Assembly: GCA_009103225.1 (NCBI GenBank)
Contig: RHPI01003124.1
Coordinates: 187,757-251,756, forward strand
Origin: Chlorokybus atmophyticus
Lineage: Eukaryota > Plantae > Mesostigma and Chlorokybus algae
Direction of reading: 5' to 3'
Length of the DNA stretch: 64,000 bases
Positions 50,730-64,000 of this stretch are shown here, one piece after another. The notes beneath the pieces were generated by a model, which saw nothing but the letters and a program-made list of their open reading frames with translations, ran no database searches and was not told where the DNA came from. Position 1 is the first letter of the stretch. Each line of letters starts with the position of its first letter. The position numbers and the translations under genes are program-made.

Positions 50730-52861
50730 ATGAAGATCTCCTTCAAGCGCCCCTCCTCCGCCGCCTCCGCCGCCCCGCCGGCGGCGGCGGCTGCAGCTGC
50801 GGCGGCAGCGGCGGCGGTGGTGGCTGAAGTCAAGGCGGAGAGCACAGCCGCAGTCCCTACCCCTGCTCCTCCAGCTGTCACGGTACGGGGAAAGCACACG
50901 TGTAGTCAAGCTGATGCCAGAGCAGGCCAGACTAGGCTAGGCCAGGCCAGGCCAGCCCAACCCAGGCCAGGCCAAGGCGTCGCTTGCATGCACTGTTTAT
51001 TGTTTGTCCTTGTGTAAGTAGCTTGTGTTTGTGCACTTGAAGGTGAAGCGTGAGAGCAATGGGGCTGTCAAGAGGGAGGAAGAGCCCTTTGCCGCTGCAG
51101 AAAGGCTGCAACAGCCGGCGTTGGACACTGCCCAAAAGGTAAAGGCAATAGTCACAAGAAACAAGGCCACATTTGCCTGTTGAGTGTGTAAAATTGACAC
51201 AGCCACAAATACACAATTGATTGTTCGTCGCCTGGGATGCTCATGCCAACACTTAAACTCTCTATTGCTCATTATTGAATCACACGGGATGGCCTGTCAC
51301 TGACCATGCATGAGTACGGTTAGTTCCATAACAGTTGTCAGAATCTACTTGTGTATGTATGTGACTGTCATGTCCCTCCCCCTTGTGTAGAGCGAAAGAA
51401 ATNACCTGCAAGCATCAGAGTCAACAGCTGCTCATGCATGACATAGCACTGGAATGTTTTGTTCAACACCATTTCGCCACCAATGTATCATCGTGTTGGC
51501 ACCAACCCTTAAATGTTGCACGCTTTGCGTGCAGGTCGCCACTCGCGCCAAGAGCGATGAAGCTCTCGACTACGAGTGCGAATATGAATTTGCAAACACG
51601 GGCCTGGACCTGCTGGGCCACAAGGTATACAGCAGCAGCAGCAGCATAACAGTTGTGGGTTACCTGTTGTTGACTTCACTGTCTTTTGCAGGTGGTGCGC
51701 AAGCTCGGGATGAAGACGCATTTTTGTGTCAGCTGCAACTTCCCTATCGTGATCTATGGCAGATTGGTATGCTCCAATGCAGTTTGGTGTCACATGCTGA
51801 AGTTGGTAAAGTTTACATTTGCCTGTCTGAAGCTCAGTAAAGATAATGCTGAAACAGGTGCCGTGCCAACACGCGTACTGCCTCACGTGCGCTAACTCCA
51901 TGCGTGACAGCAACTGCTTCATGTAAGCTGCTATGGTGTGCATCGTATACGTGCCCGTGTGAATACGTGCGTACATGCATGTGCGTTTATACATGCATTG
52001 CGTACGTACGTGCGCACGCGTGAATGCAACATCTATCTGCCAATCAGACTGCAGTAGTGAGAGAGTCTATACACCTGTCATTGTTAGGATACATAGATTC
52101 CAATGGTTCAACAATGATACCCATGTTGTTGTGTTGGCAGTTGCAAAGCAGCGGTGACAGAGGTGGATAGGCGCCCTGCAACAGAGGGCCTGTTCATCTG
52201 CTCGCAATGCCTTCGCTCGTCCCTCACGCAAGAGGAGCTCACGACTCATCGCGAGACGCACGACAAGAAGCCCGCTGCCGCTCCTCCTTTCCAACAACAG
52301 ATACAACAACAACCGCAGCCCAACATGAAACCCGCACCTGACGTGCGGCCTCCTCCACCTCCTCCACCTTCAAGACAAGGCCAAGGCCAAGGCCAAGGCC
52401 AAGGTTTTCCTGGACCCGGCCCGGGTCCTGGACCTGGCTCGGGGCTTGGGCCTGGTCCCGGGATGGGTGCAGGACCTGTCAGACCCGGACCCGGACCTGG
52501 ACCGGGGCCGGGACCCTTTCCTCGGCCTGGTATGGGACCGCCCCCACCTTATGGCATGGAGGGTCCCTTTCCGGGTGCTCGTGGTTGGGACGTACCGGGA
52601 CCTTTTCCTCCCCGGGGTCCTTTCCTAGGTCCGTACGGGCCTGGACCAGGACAGTTCCCGCATCAGGGCCCTCTGCCTCCATGGGGACCGGATTGGGGAC
52701 CTCCCAGAGGACCCGGCATGGGACCCGGCATGTGGGGACCTGGTGGCTATGGTCCTGGTCCTGGCCCGGAGTATGGCATGGGTATGGAAGGTCCCGGAAC
52801 AGGTTTAGAATACGGGTCCCGAGGTCCAGGATCTGGCAAGCAGAAACCCCAAACAGACTGA
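50730..52861 (+). CDS. HAKAI: HAKAI/CBLL1-like RING E3 ligase (m6A writer subunit) with Gly/Pro-rich tail
   Basis: Spliced HFCVSCNFPIVIYGRL|VPCQHAYCLTCA..CFI|CK..EGLFICSQC..H is the HAKAI RING plus C2H2 signature. Confidence 0.88.
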
Positions 52862-53254
52862 TGTGGTTGGTCCCAATGAAAGTTGCAACGTTACACAACT
52901 GCTTTGCTTGTAGCCCAATGTGGTCATCCATATAATACGCATGACATGAACGCAGCGTGAATAGGTGCGCAACATGGACATTGCACATTGCGTGATCAAG
53001 GACCCAATTCTCATCATGCATGCGTGGGTAGTTATGCACAAGCTTCTAAGTCCATGCATTGTGGTATGCTACAACGTCAGCACTTGGGTGACATGCATGC
53101 ACAAGTGGATGCGTGCATGGGATGAGTACAATCACAGTCCAGCTTCATGCCCCAGCGTACAGTGCCACACTAACCGTGATGTACAAGTAGGGGAAGTGTA
53201 TTATACAGTGGCAAAAAGAACAGCGTGCTTGTGCAAGTTGTGCTCTGTAGAGCA

Positions 53255-54338
53255 TCATGAACCTGCTCGGCTAGCAAGAATCTGCTGCGCGAGCGCGGGC
53301 ATCGCCTTCAACAGCTCCCGCAAGTTGCCCTCTATGTCTTGCATTTGCCGCTCCAGAAACTCTTTGGAAGCCTGCACGAATGCTTCAATCAGAAATCACA
53401 GGCACAAGTGTACACTCACACGCGCCCACGCCCACGCCCACGCCCACGCCCACGCCCACGCCCACACGCGTGCACACACTCGTGCACATGCACGCAGCTC
53501 AATACGGTAATGCTGAGACTTGCCTGCAGATTGTGGATCTCAGTGTCGCTGTCCGCTGCCGTTTTCGCTTGCTCTCTCAACAGGGCTTCCTGAGGGGTGA
53601 GGACAAACCTGCCAATGACAATGCAACATGTTGCATGCATGCATGAAGATTCGACAAGTCACAGCCACCCACAGTTTCAATCATGTACAGGAACAAAGCA
53701 CACAATTGTATAGGCTAACCACAACACCACAATAGCCACATACATGCACATGCGCGTACAATACTCATCTCATGCTCATGCACATACATGCATGCGTGGG
53801 ATTCCAGGACTGTGTCGCTTTGCACCAAATGCGGTACATGTACAAGTGTACGTGCGCATGTGTATATGTATGTAAGTAGATGCTTACATGCGGCCGATGC
53901 CCTTGTACATGTTGGTGCCAGCCGGCATGGTGCTGAGCTCCTGGCCAGTGAGCAGAGCCTTCTTCTTCTCAGCTTGCCTCGCGCCAATCTGCGTCGCTAC
54001 CTACAAAGCGTCCCAACCTAACGATGTTGGCATTGCAAAAAATATGGCACGTGTGCCGTTGTCATTGAAAGGTTACAGGTACACACTTTGTGATCATGTG
54101 TGTGTGCGCGCGCATGCTGTTATTTCACAAATTCATACCTGTTTCAGCTTCAGAGCGGTTGTAGTCATCTGTCCTTGCAAGTCGACAAACGCCTGTTGAT
54201 ACCGCAAAACAGATGTCAGCACTGCGCACATTGCAGAAAGCTTGCTAGGCCAGGCCAGGCCAGGCCAGGCCTGAGCGGGAGGGCGGCTACATACGAACAC
54301 AGCACGACACTCACCTCCTTACTAGCTTGCGTCGCCAT
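53255..54338 (-). CDS. PFD1: Prefoldin subunit 1, 5 exons
   Basis: MATQASKE|AFVDLQGQM..KLKQ|V..KKKALLTGQEL..TNMYKGIGRM|FVL..|ASKEFLERQMQDIEGNLRELL; last intron has a GC donor. Confidence 0.92.
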
Positions 54339-54560
54339 GCTTTTAATTACTTCTACTCAATCACACACAATATCTACACCTCCTTGCCTACATCGCCAAT
54401 ACCATCGCCAATGCCGCCGCCGCAACAACCGTCAAGTAACCGCAAAATTAATCTGCACACTAATCTAACCACGGTTTGCTTGTGCTCTGCGCACAAGGAC
54501 AAGGCCTTGTGCGCAGAGCCAACTTCCTCATGAGTTGCTTTTCGGAGTCCATTCGGACAG

Positions 54561-54570
54561 AAAACCCTAG
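54561..54570 (+). promoter_or_regulatory. Telo-box (AAACCCTA) in the divergent PFD1/UBC23 interval
   Basis: AAAACCCTAG at 54561; a single short motif. Confidence 0.35.
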
Positions 54571-55314
54571 GGTGGCGCCGTCGCCGTCGCCTTTGGCGCC
54601 GCCGGGAAGGAGGACGACCACTAGCAGGTGGACGAGGAGGGGGTAGTCATCAGGTAGATCACGATAGCTGGCTGGATACAAACTGGGTGTTCAGGTAGTA
54701 AGCAGCTGTAGGAAGCATGGAGGAGCACAGCGAGGCATGCTAGCTTGTTCAGGTGAGTTCTGCTGCTGTGTGTGGGCAGAGAAGTGTGTGTCCGTATAAG
54801 GCCGGCATTTGGGTTGCAGCTTTGTTGGCGTTGATTGCTGTCCGATTGCTGGCATTTGGTCCTGTAGTGACTGTACTGGCTGCAGGGTAGCTTGAGGATG
54901 AGTTGTTGGCGTCACTATTGTATGCTTGATGAACTGCTGTGCCAATCCACGCCTACCCTAAACGGGTTTTGTACTTAGTATACATCCCGATTGCTAGCTT
55001 TAAGCTTGAACACGTATCGTTCACCCCCCCAACTGTCGTATGGCGATGTGTAAAGCCAGTCAGTCGTCACTTGATGTGCATTGCAGTGTGTTTGTTGCCC
55101 TTGCAATCTTGTTAAGTAGAATCAAGGCACAAGCACTGGTAGATCCATAGCGGGTGTAATGCGTCGTACAAGCATGTTGCGCACTGTGCGGGCCTGACCT
55201 GGTGGTTGCATGTTTGCTCAGGCTGCTTTACTTCAGTTGCAGGCTCGGAGTGCACTTGAGAGCTCAATCTGTTTGAAGTGCTGGTGTTATAGCTGAGCTT
55301 CTACATTCAACAAG

Positions 55315-58300
55315 ATGGACAATGAAAGGCAGGAGTCTCTGCGGTCATTGCCGCAGGTAAGCAGCATGTCATGCCTATTGGCAGATCACCCCTTGTTGGC
55401 CTTGGATGGTTCGTGAATTATTATAAACAGGTCTATCATGAAGATATGGTGCGTTCAAAGCGCGATCCTGCGCTATTGGGTCTTGTGACGAAGGTGGCAG
55501 GGTTGTCGGATAGTGAGGACGATGATGATGACTTGGACGACGAACACGTAAGTATGTGTGGGGTTTTGGTTTACAGGGTTGATCAGATCAACTGGCTGCT
55601 TCGCAACATGTACAAACTGCTGCTAACTAAATGTGTACTACACATGATCGGCTGTGCTCATATATAGATGGTTCCTGCTGCGCCTGTATAAGTTTTTGGT
55701 TCCAAGGGGCTGCCTAGTCAGTGACGTCTTGTGGTTGGAATGATGTGTTGTTTGCTGCCACACCTGGCAAGTCAGTAGTTGGGTGCCTGGTATTGCTTGG
55801 TATAAAAATGTGGTAGAATGTCTTCCTCAGCAAGTCGCTTACTTGGTTTTTCACTGCAGACCAATGTGTCAGCAACACATGCCTCCATGGAATATGGTGG
55901 ATAGTGTCCCACGGTCATCAGTCAGTAGCCGACAGTTATTGTGCCAAAACACATCATGACATGCAGGGTGTTAGTGTACATTCTGTTTCGCCGCCCTAAG
56001 TTGTGTTTCCTGGGCAGGAGCATGACCATGAGCAATGGTCAGACTCCGAAGGCGCAGAAAGTTCCGGTGTGGATGATGAGGCCGCTGGTGAAGAGGATGC
56101 CAACGACGATGATGGCAACCAGGAGGACGGCGTCTTTGTTGATGACATGCAGGCCTTGCAGCAGGGACATGCCATCGTGTATTGGCTCAAGTTGGGCGAA
56201 CGCGAGGAAAGGCTTGACCAGCTGGAGGTACAGACAATGTTGATGTTGCACATCATCATTGAACAAGCTGATTGCATCTATTTGGCCAGCATTGCGTAGT
56301 GTTGGGACAGTTAATAATCTCATTAGCTGCAGGTTTTGGATCGTGCATTTCTACATGGGGATGTGGTGGCAAAAGCTTCCGAACCGTTGGGACAGACCGG
56401 CACAGTGACGGGTGTTCAGCTGCTTCTGGACCTTGAGCTTGGCACTGACTGCAGGCTGCAGATGGTGCCGGCACAGCAGCTGCAGCATGTGCGCCCCTTC
56501 CGCGTTGGCAACTACGTCCTGTATGGCCTTTGGCTTGGCCGTGTTGAGGAGGTAAAGACCTACTCCTGTGTACTCTATGCTGTGGTGTACGTCTGCCAGG
56601 CAGTACATTGATGATTGTGTAGATTGAAGGGCGTTGTGAGTCTATGGTTAACCTTGTTGCTGGCATGGCAGGTTGTTGACAATGTGACCATTCGTTTTGA
56701 GGACGGTTGCGTGTGCAAGGTGCTGCGCGCCACGCCAGAGCGGTTGATACCCAAAGATGAGAATGACCCGTCATGGGATGAAGGAGAGTGTCCTTATTAT
56801 CCAGGCTTGGTAAGCGTGGGCTGTTTGCATTTGTCCGCATGCCATTGCCCCGCTGGTTAATGGCACTTCTGTTGTCTTTTTGGCGTGCGACTCACCTGTT
56901 GCTTTCATGCAGGTTGTTCGCGCAACTTCCAATCACGTCTTTCGGTCGGCCAAATGGCTGCGTGGGTCATTCAGGAATCAAAGAGATGGCGTTGTCACCG
57001 CTGTTGAACCTGGGGACGTGTCTGTGAACTGGATGGCGGCATGCAAGGTGTGTAATTCTGTGCAACATTTCTTGTTTGTATGCAGCATGTGCGTGACTTG
57101 CAGAAAAGGCAATACTTACATTGCTATGTGTGTCTCTCAGGATGCCATGTGGACGAACAACACCCCTCCAGCTACATTGGATGGTTCTAAGCTCGTGCCC
57201 ATGAACTACTTTTCTTACACATGCTGGCAGTTAGGCGACCGGGCGCTGGTACCAGATGGTGAGTGAATGCATGCTGTGTGTGACTGACATTATGTGAGCG
57301 TGCATGTTGTCAGAAGCAGCTGTGCTTGCATGATAGATTCAAGTCCTTGTTGATGTGTTCAACTCTATGCAGGTGTGTGCCAAAGGTTCTCTGCCAGCCA
57401 AGACAAAGCCTCAGATGCTTCAGACGTGGATGCTAGTCAAGATGAACCTGCAGCCGCGGGCACTACCGAGGCGAGCAACTCAACTGCAGCCCCTGCTGAA
57501 GCACCGACAGCTGCTCCTGGCTCTTCCGAAGCTTGCGGTACAGGCTCCAATGCACGCCGGACCAAGCGCGCCGACCAACCGCGCAGACGCCGACAAAACA
57601 AAAAGCGAAAAGACCGAAAGGAGCCCGCAGCTTGCAGCGCAGCGCTCGTTGTGGGCACGCACACCACCGTGGACGTGTTGTGGCAGGATCGTACGGTTGG
57701 TACGGCCGTCCCTGCCCACACTCTGGTGCCTGTCACGCATCTTGGCGATCATGACTTCTGGCCAGATGAGTATGTGTTGGAAGCGTCTGCTCAGAATAAT
57801 GACGGGCGCGTGTCGAGTGCACGCAAGACAGGCATTGTCCACAGTGTCAATGCCAAAGAGCGCACAGCGGTGGTCAAGTGGCTCAAGCGCGGGCCAGGTA
57901 ACCAACTGCTTGGCATGGAAGAACCTGAGGTGGTTAGCGTGTACGAGCTTTCGGAACACACGGACTTCAGCTACCGGTTGGGTGACGTTGTGCTGCGCCT
58001 GCCAACGAACACAGATGATGCAGGCGCGGGTGAGGAAGCGGGCCACCCGGCAGGCGATGAATACAACAAGCATGATGAGGCCGGCACAGCCGAAGCAGCA
58101 GCGCACACGGATGCAACGGCAGCACAACAAGCGGCGGAAGAAGATCAGACTTTGGCCTCGACAGAAGCCCTCTCTGATGTTGGTGAGATCGTTGGGCATA
58201 GCAACGGCCAAGTCAAGGTGGCGTGGGCAGACGGCAGCTGCACATTGGTGGGACCGGAAGAGATATATGTTGTTAGTCACGAGGAGGATGAGCACCCCGA

Positions 58301-59990
58301 AGGGAGTGTGTTGGATGAAGGTGAGGAGCATTTAGACGATGACGGGCACAGTAGTGGTTGGGAGACTGTTGATGAAGGCGCCTGGGATGAAGGGGACCAA
58401 CGCGAGCAGGCTAGTGCGCGTTGGGAGATGGAGGAAGCCGCCACTCAAGCCGAACGAAGTTGGATGGCGTGGCGTGCTGCGGCAGCTGGCATGCATAATG
58501 ACGATATCACCCAACCTTCAGCACCCTCACCATCACAATCACCCGCAACACACCCGCCGGAAGCACAGAGGCAGTCGGCTGCACCAGCCGACAGGGTCGC
58601 CGAGGGACATGTTGTTTCGCGTCTCGCCAGAAGCCTGCTCTCGCGGCTGCCCACGCAGTGGCTCGGGTACCGTGCTGAAGCCGCGCGCACGCATACAGAC
58701 AACCACAATGCCGGCACGTCTCCTGGCTTGAGAGACATTGTGGCTGAGGAAGCAGATCCCCACGCTGCTGACGACCATCTGATCCAGCGCACGCGACGGT
58801 ACAGCGCCTCCAGCGTGGTTCTGAGCTCGATGTTCGGCCCCAGTCTTAGCGCGTGCGGGGGCAGCAGCAGAGCGCGCAGCGGGGTCGACCCTGATGCCGC
58901 CAGCTCAGCTGCGTATGAAACTGTCAGCTCAGTGGGTTATGAGGATGCACAGGATCACATGCCCACTACAGCAAGCCCACCTGCACTGGAAGCTGCAGAC
59001 GCTGCATCATCGCCACACAGAGACTCCTTGCCAGCACCTGCAGATGACACTCCTGAGGCTCATGCTGTTGATGCTGCAGAGTCCCCGGCGTTTGCGCGCT
59101 TTGACACCGCTGATGATATTTCAGATCATTATTTCAAGGATAGACCGCAGCAGATTAGCAATCGGCGCTTTGCTGCGCGCATGCAGCACGAGTGGTCGCT
59201 GCTGCAGACCAACTTGCCGGACACCATCTACGTGCGGTGTTACGAGGAGCGCATTGAGCTCCTGCGCGCGGTGATTGTGGGTGCCGCCGGCACGCCCTAC
59301 CATGACGGGTTGTACTTCTTCGACTTCTACTTCCCACCAGAGTACCCGCAAGTGCCTCCCGAGGCGTATTACCACTCCTTTGGCGTGCGCATCAACCCCA
59401 ACCTGTACGAGAACGGCCGCGTGTGCCTGAGTTTGCTCAACACATGGACCGGCAAGGGCTCAGAGGTCTGGCACCCTTCCACATCCAACATATTGCAAGT
59501 TCTCGTGTCCATCCAGGGTCTCGTGCTCGTACCCAAGCCGTACTACAATGAGGCTGGGTACGAGCGCCAGGTCGGCTCCGCAGAGGGTGAGAAGAACGCG
59601 AAGCTCTACAATGAGAGCGCCTTCCTCCTGTCTCTCAGAACTGTCATGTCGCTGATGCGCAAGCCTCCCAAACCGTTCGAACACCTCGTCAAGAGCCATT
59701 TTCGCCTGGCGCTCCCCAAGTTGTTGAGGTGTTCCGAGGCGTACCTCGCGGGCGCGCGCGTAGGCGGCTTGGATGAGAAGGGCATGCCAGCAAAGCCACG
59801 CAGTCAGGCGGTAGAAGACGGCTCCAACACCAATGGCCAGCAGGAGGCCGCGCCGGCTGGCACTACAGCTGGCGCAGATGACGGGCCTTCTGAAGGGTTT
59901 AAGATCATGCTCGCGAAAATGAAGCCGCAGTTGGAGGCCGCCATTGCTCGGTCAGCAGATGAAGGTGGTGAGGCAGTGCACGCATTGTGA
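55315..59990 (+). CDS. UBC23: Large E2/E3 hybrid ubiquitin-conjugating enzyme, UBC23/PHO2/UBE2O-like
   Basis: VYHEDMVRS..VAGLSDSE, VLDRAFLHGDVV, HLGDHDFWP; UBC domain GTPYHDGLYFFD..FPPEYP..NPNLYENGRVCLSLLNTW. Confidence 0.93.
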
Positions 59991-60633
59991 CGCAGAGAAC
60001 GAGCATATGAAGAGGGCCTGGTTTGCTAGCCACCTATATATCTCCTATGCACTAGTACGGCGCAGCTGGGTGTCACATGTTGTACAGTTTGCTTTTTGGA
60101 CGACACTGTTTGGTTTGTGATTTGCGTAACACAGCGGCCGCTTACCATAGCCTTTCATCGTTGGCTTGATGCACAGCATGCGCCTGCAGGTGTACATACA
60201 ATGTGGCGTGCGATGACCCATGCATAAAACATGCAAGGAGTGTGACTAGCACAGCATGCGGGCAGCCATTACCATTGATATGTTTACCACCGGGCTTATC
60301 TACTGTACCTTCACTGCCGCTAACACCATCATGTGTACACAAGTGCTATTGCACGCAAAATACACTCTCACACACGCATGCTGCCACCGTACCATACCCC
60401 TTATATACACGTTCAGCATGAACTTGACAGGTAACAATCTGGCACGATAGTAGGTGTGCATCGCAATATTATCTGTTTTGCTTGCCACTGCACCTACATT
60501 GCAGTGCGTCTGTTCATTCCTTGCCATTTTGACTTGGCCAGGCACTGATTGCTGTAAAGGAAAAGGTGTGCAGCCAGTGACTAGATGTGCAATTTTAAGT
60601 GACACAATTAGCGCAACGACAGCTCCTCAACCA

Positions 60634-62775
60634 TTACACTGTCCTGTTTAGCAATTGCAACATATCTCCTACCAAGTGCAGCGAGCCCGTCACCAGCACC
60701 TGGAACGCATGCATTACTCAGTCCAAAAATTGTGTGAACACAACACAATGCAATCTCCAAAGCGCAATATTGTGTCACAACTGCGTGCTCACCTGAGTTC
60801 TGCCAGCACTCGGTCGGTCTCGCTCCAACCGCAGACGCTGAAGTGCTTCCCCAAGAGATGGCACCACCTCACCGGCGCCGTGTGCTTGCGTTGGCGCTTG
60901 CAACTCATCCCCGCTTCCCTTGAGAGGCAACACGTCCCACACTTCTCGCAGCAACCTCTGCCACGAAGTGTTTCTCGCTCCAGTCGTTGGGGTGGGCCTA
61001 TTCAATGATGTCGTGGATGAGTTGGGCGGCACGAAGATGGCGTGGTCAATCGTGAGCCCTGCAGTGCATACGACTTGGTCACACAATACATCAATGGTGC
61101 ATCAAACAAGTGGAACAACAGGGATGGATCACTTGCCGTGCGCGGATAGGACTGATCTCAGTGGACCCAACAGCTTCTCCGGCTCACGTTCGCTCATGCA
61201 GTTGAACAAAAGAACCTGCCGAGCAACAACGCGGTGTTCAGATACGCCAACACACCCGCACACACGCACGTGCACGCACTCACGCACGCGGGCACACTCA
61301 GGCACACACGCACACACGGTTACCGAACACACCCGCTGTGGCTTCTCTCCATCTTGTAGCCCCCTCTCAGCCTCAGCAGCGAACCACCTCGCGCACTCAG
61401 CCATGCTCTCCGGCGTGTGCGCGCCGTCAAGATAGAACACCAGCTTTGCATCTGCTGCAGGCGTACCATCGCTGTATGCAGGATGCATCAACGGGTTCGG
61501 GATGAGCGGCTGAGGTCCCTCTCCTGGAATGTCTGGCACCACCTGCAGATGATGTAGCACCAGTGCGTGTGCGTGTGCGCTTAGACGTACGCGCTCGTGC
61601 ATGTTTTTATGTGGACTTAAGCGTGAGTGCATGTGCAAGTGTGTGTGAGGGTAAACAGCTTGAACAGCTTTCTTTCTCGCAAGCGCACCTGAGCTCTGCC
61701 TGGCCAGACTGCTGAAGCCAACCCCTCCAAGTACTCTTGTGGCAGCTCACCGCGGTCAACCATCTGCCACAACACATGAATTTGAGTATCACCGCATGGT
61801 TGTTACTTGTTGTTCAGTTACAACCAACCTCTGCTCGTTCTAGCGCGCGAGCTCGGTCAGCAGAGGCTGTCTCAGCTAGGCCACGCCTCTCGGCTTGCGC
61901 GCACAACGCGATGGCCAACGCGGCGTTCACCCGCTGGAACTCCCCCGCCAATGACAAATGCACCGGGGCGGGAGAGGCGTACTCGTCCAAAGGGCGAACC
62001 ACTGTCAACAGGATCTGCAAAAAGACAAACACAATAAGAGCTCTCATGCCTGTTATTAGCATGCGTTTGCAGGCAGATGCGAATTCGCAGACGCGCACAC
62101 GGGCATGTGCGTGAACACATACACATACACGCGGAAACTGACATGTGCGCATGTCCACGCACATACACACATGTGCGCACGCATACACACGCACGCTTGC
62201 GCATGCGCACACATGCACACGTACACAAACACGTACAACACATACCAACACTCACATCTAGCTCTTTTGCTCGTCGCCTCAGCGAAACCATAGCCTCCTC
62301 GTCTTGCGGGACGGTCAGGGCAGGAACGCCTGGCTGGTACAACAAACACCATGAGTAACACCCCCACTTTTCTGCCAACATGATTGCACATACACAACCA
62401 CACACGTGCCTTGAATATGCCGGCCTTCTCCCACGCTATCGACGCCAACGTGTTGCCCAACAGAGCCACGTGGTCATACCCGAGCGAGCTCACGCCGCAC
62501 ACCAGCGGTTTGTTCACCTGAGAAACAAATCTGACCACAGTCAGATTAACCGCAATGCAAGCACAAGCACAAGCAGCAACAGCAACAGCAACAACAATGA
62601 CAGCAACAACAAGTCACACACTATGTTGGTGGCGTCGAGTCGGCCTCCTATGCCGACTTCTAGTATGGCCACGTCCACGCGCTCGGCGTGGAAGATGCGC
62701 AGCGCGAGCAGCGTGAGGAAGCGGAAGAACTGCGGCATGCTGTTGGCCTGCCCTTCTTGTTGTTGTTGCTGCTGC

Positions 62776-62812
<37 letters not shown>

Positions 62813-63490
62813 GGTCCTTCAGCGCGTCCCAACATGTCCAGAAGTGGGACACAAACAGCTCCTGGAAACCCACACAGGCAGAGAGAGAACACTGTTACTA
62901 AAAGCACTTTGTCTAGACAGTCAGTCCTTAGAGAAAGAGCGAGACTGACTCACATGTGGACTTCCACACACAGTGTCACACACACACACACCTCGAACTC
63001 CTCATCCACCAACCCAACATCACTGCAATAAAAACCATCATCCCAACATCATTCTCAACCCTTTTACCTTTGAGATGGGTTGTCCCCCTATCCGGAATCT
63101 TTCCCTCACGTCAACGAGGTGCGGCGACGTGAATAGTGCGGCGCGGCGGTAGCCGCAGCGGAGGAGGACCGACTCGCACATCGCGCAGACGCTGCCCTTG
63201 CCTTTGGTGCCCGCCACATGAATGACGGGGAGAGAAGACAACGCGGGCTGGATATGGGTTAGATGAGATAATTGCAAGCTTGTTGTTGGCTTGTTGGCTG
63301 TGTGCACACGTGCGCACACAGCCAACAAGCCAAGTGCGCATGCACGCACACACGTGCGCGCGTGCATGCGCGAGTGCAGTGGTCTAAATATGGGATGTCT
63401 GCGTTGTGTTTGCTTACTTGTAGGTTGAGGGTTTCGACGTATCGGTGCATGGCGCCAAAGGCGTCGTCCCAGTTGACACCGCCCGAGGCT
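60634..63490 (-). CDS. FPGS: Folylpolyglutamate synthase, multi-exon; 5' end not resolved
   Basis: [26 protein letters not shown], polyQ insert, [48 protein letters not shown]; TAA at 60634. Confidence 0.93.
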
Positions 63491-64000
63491 CTGAGTAGTT
63501 GTTGTGCAAACTTACTCAGTGATAGTAACATGATGATGAGGGACACGCTGGTGATGCACATGCATGCATGCTTGCTTGGCTCGGTGTTGCTGAAAATGGT
63601 GCATATGCTGAGATTGGCATGCCGGAGGTTGTGTGACTCAGATCAACACACTGGTGGTATGTATGAATGCGTGCACGCGCGTGTGCACGTGTGTGCACCT
63701 AAGCGCGTGTGTACGTGTGCACGCGCGCATGTGCAAATGAAAGTAACTGGGTGCCCAGTTAACCGCTGCCCTTCCGACTATGTGTCAACCCCTTGCAGAT
63801 GAGCACATTTGACATTTGTCTTCGTTCGCTTTACTTGTCAATCGCATTAGTCATCAAGATATAGCTTTTGTAACCTTGGTGCCCAGTCCTCTCTCTTTTG
63901 TAGGCTGTCTACACGGGACTATGCAAGTAGTCATCAAACGGACAACGCCTTGCAACTTGCGCGTATAGGTTCTGTGCAACTCAAGGTTACCACGACACTT

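Overview
Eukaryotic nuclear DNA, inferred to be a green alga: short GT-AG introns, plant-type UBC23/HAKAI/PFD1/FPGS genes, a plastid-targeted protein and a green-type mitochondrial rnl fragment. 1-13.5 kb holds two decayed paralogs of a ferritin-like PCC13-62 desiccation-related gene, microsatellites and a secreted EGF+PAN protein gene. 13.7-41.3 kb is a nested transposon island. An old Ty3/gypsy chromovirus is split in its RH-INT linker by a 16.9-kb DNA transposon (17426-34299; short TIRs, 2-bp TSD GA). That element encodes a Plavaka-type transposase and about four more, mostly spliced, cargo genes (C2HC-finger proteins, OTU-like domains, a DUF6532-like partner). It in turn hosts a young gag-less chromovirus (TSD GCTAT) and a 537-bp TRIM (TSD TGCAT) whose LTR/PBS junction rebuilds a tRNA-type Pol III promoter. 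The old chromovirus also carries a mitochondrial LSU rRNA insert. 42-64 kb is ordinary gene space: intact PCC13-62-like, SWSAP1-like, lumen-targeted NTF2-like, HAKAI, prefoldin 1, UBC23-like and FPGS. Family assignments come from motif recognition by eye; no database searches were run.
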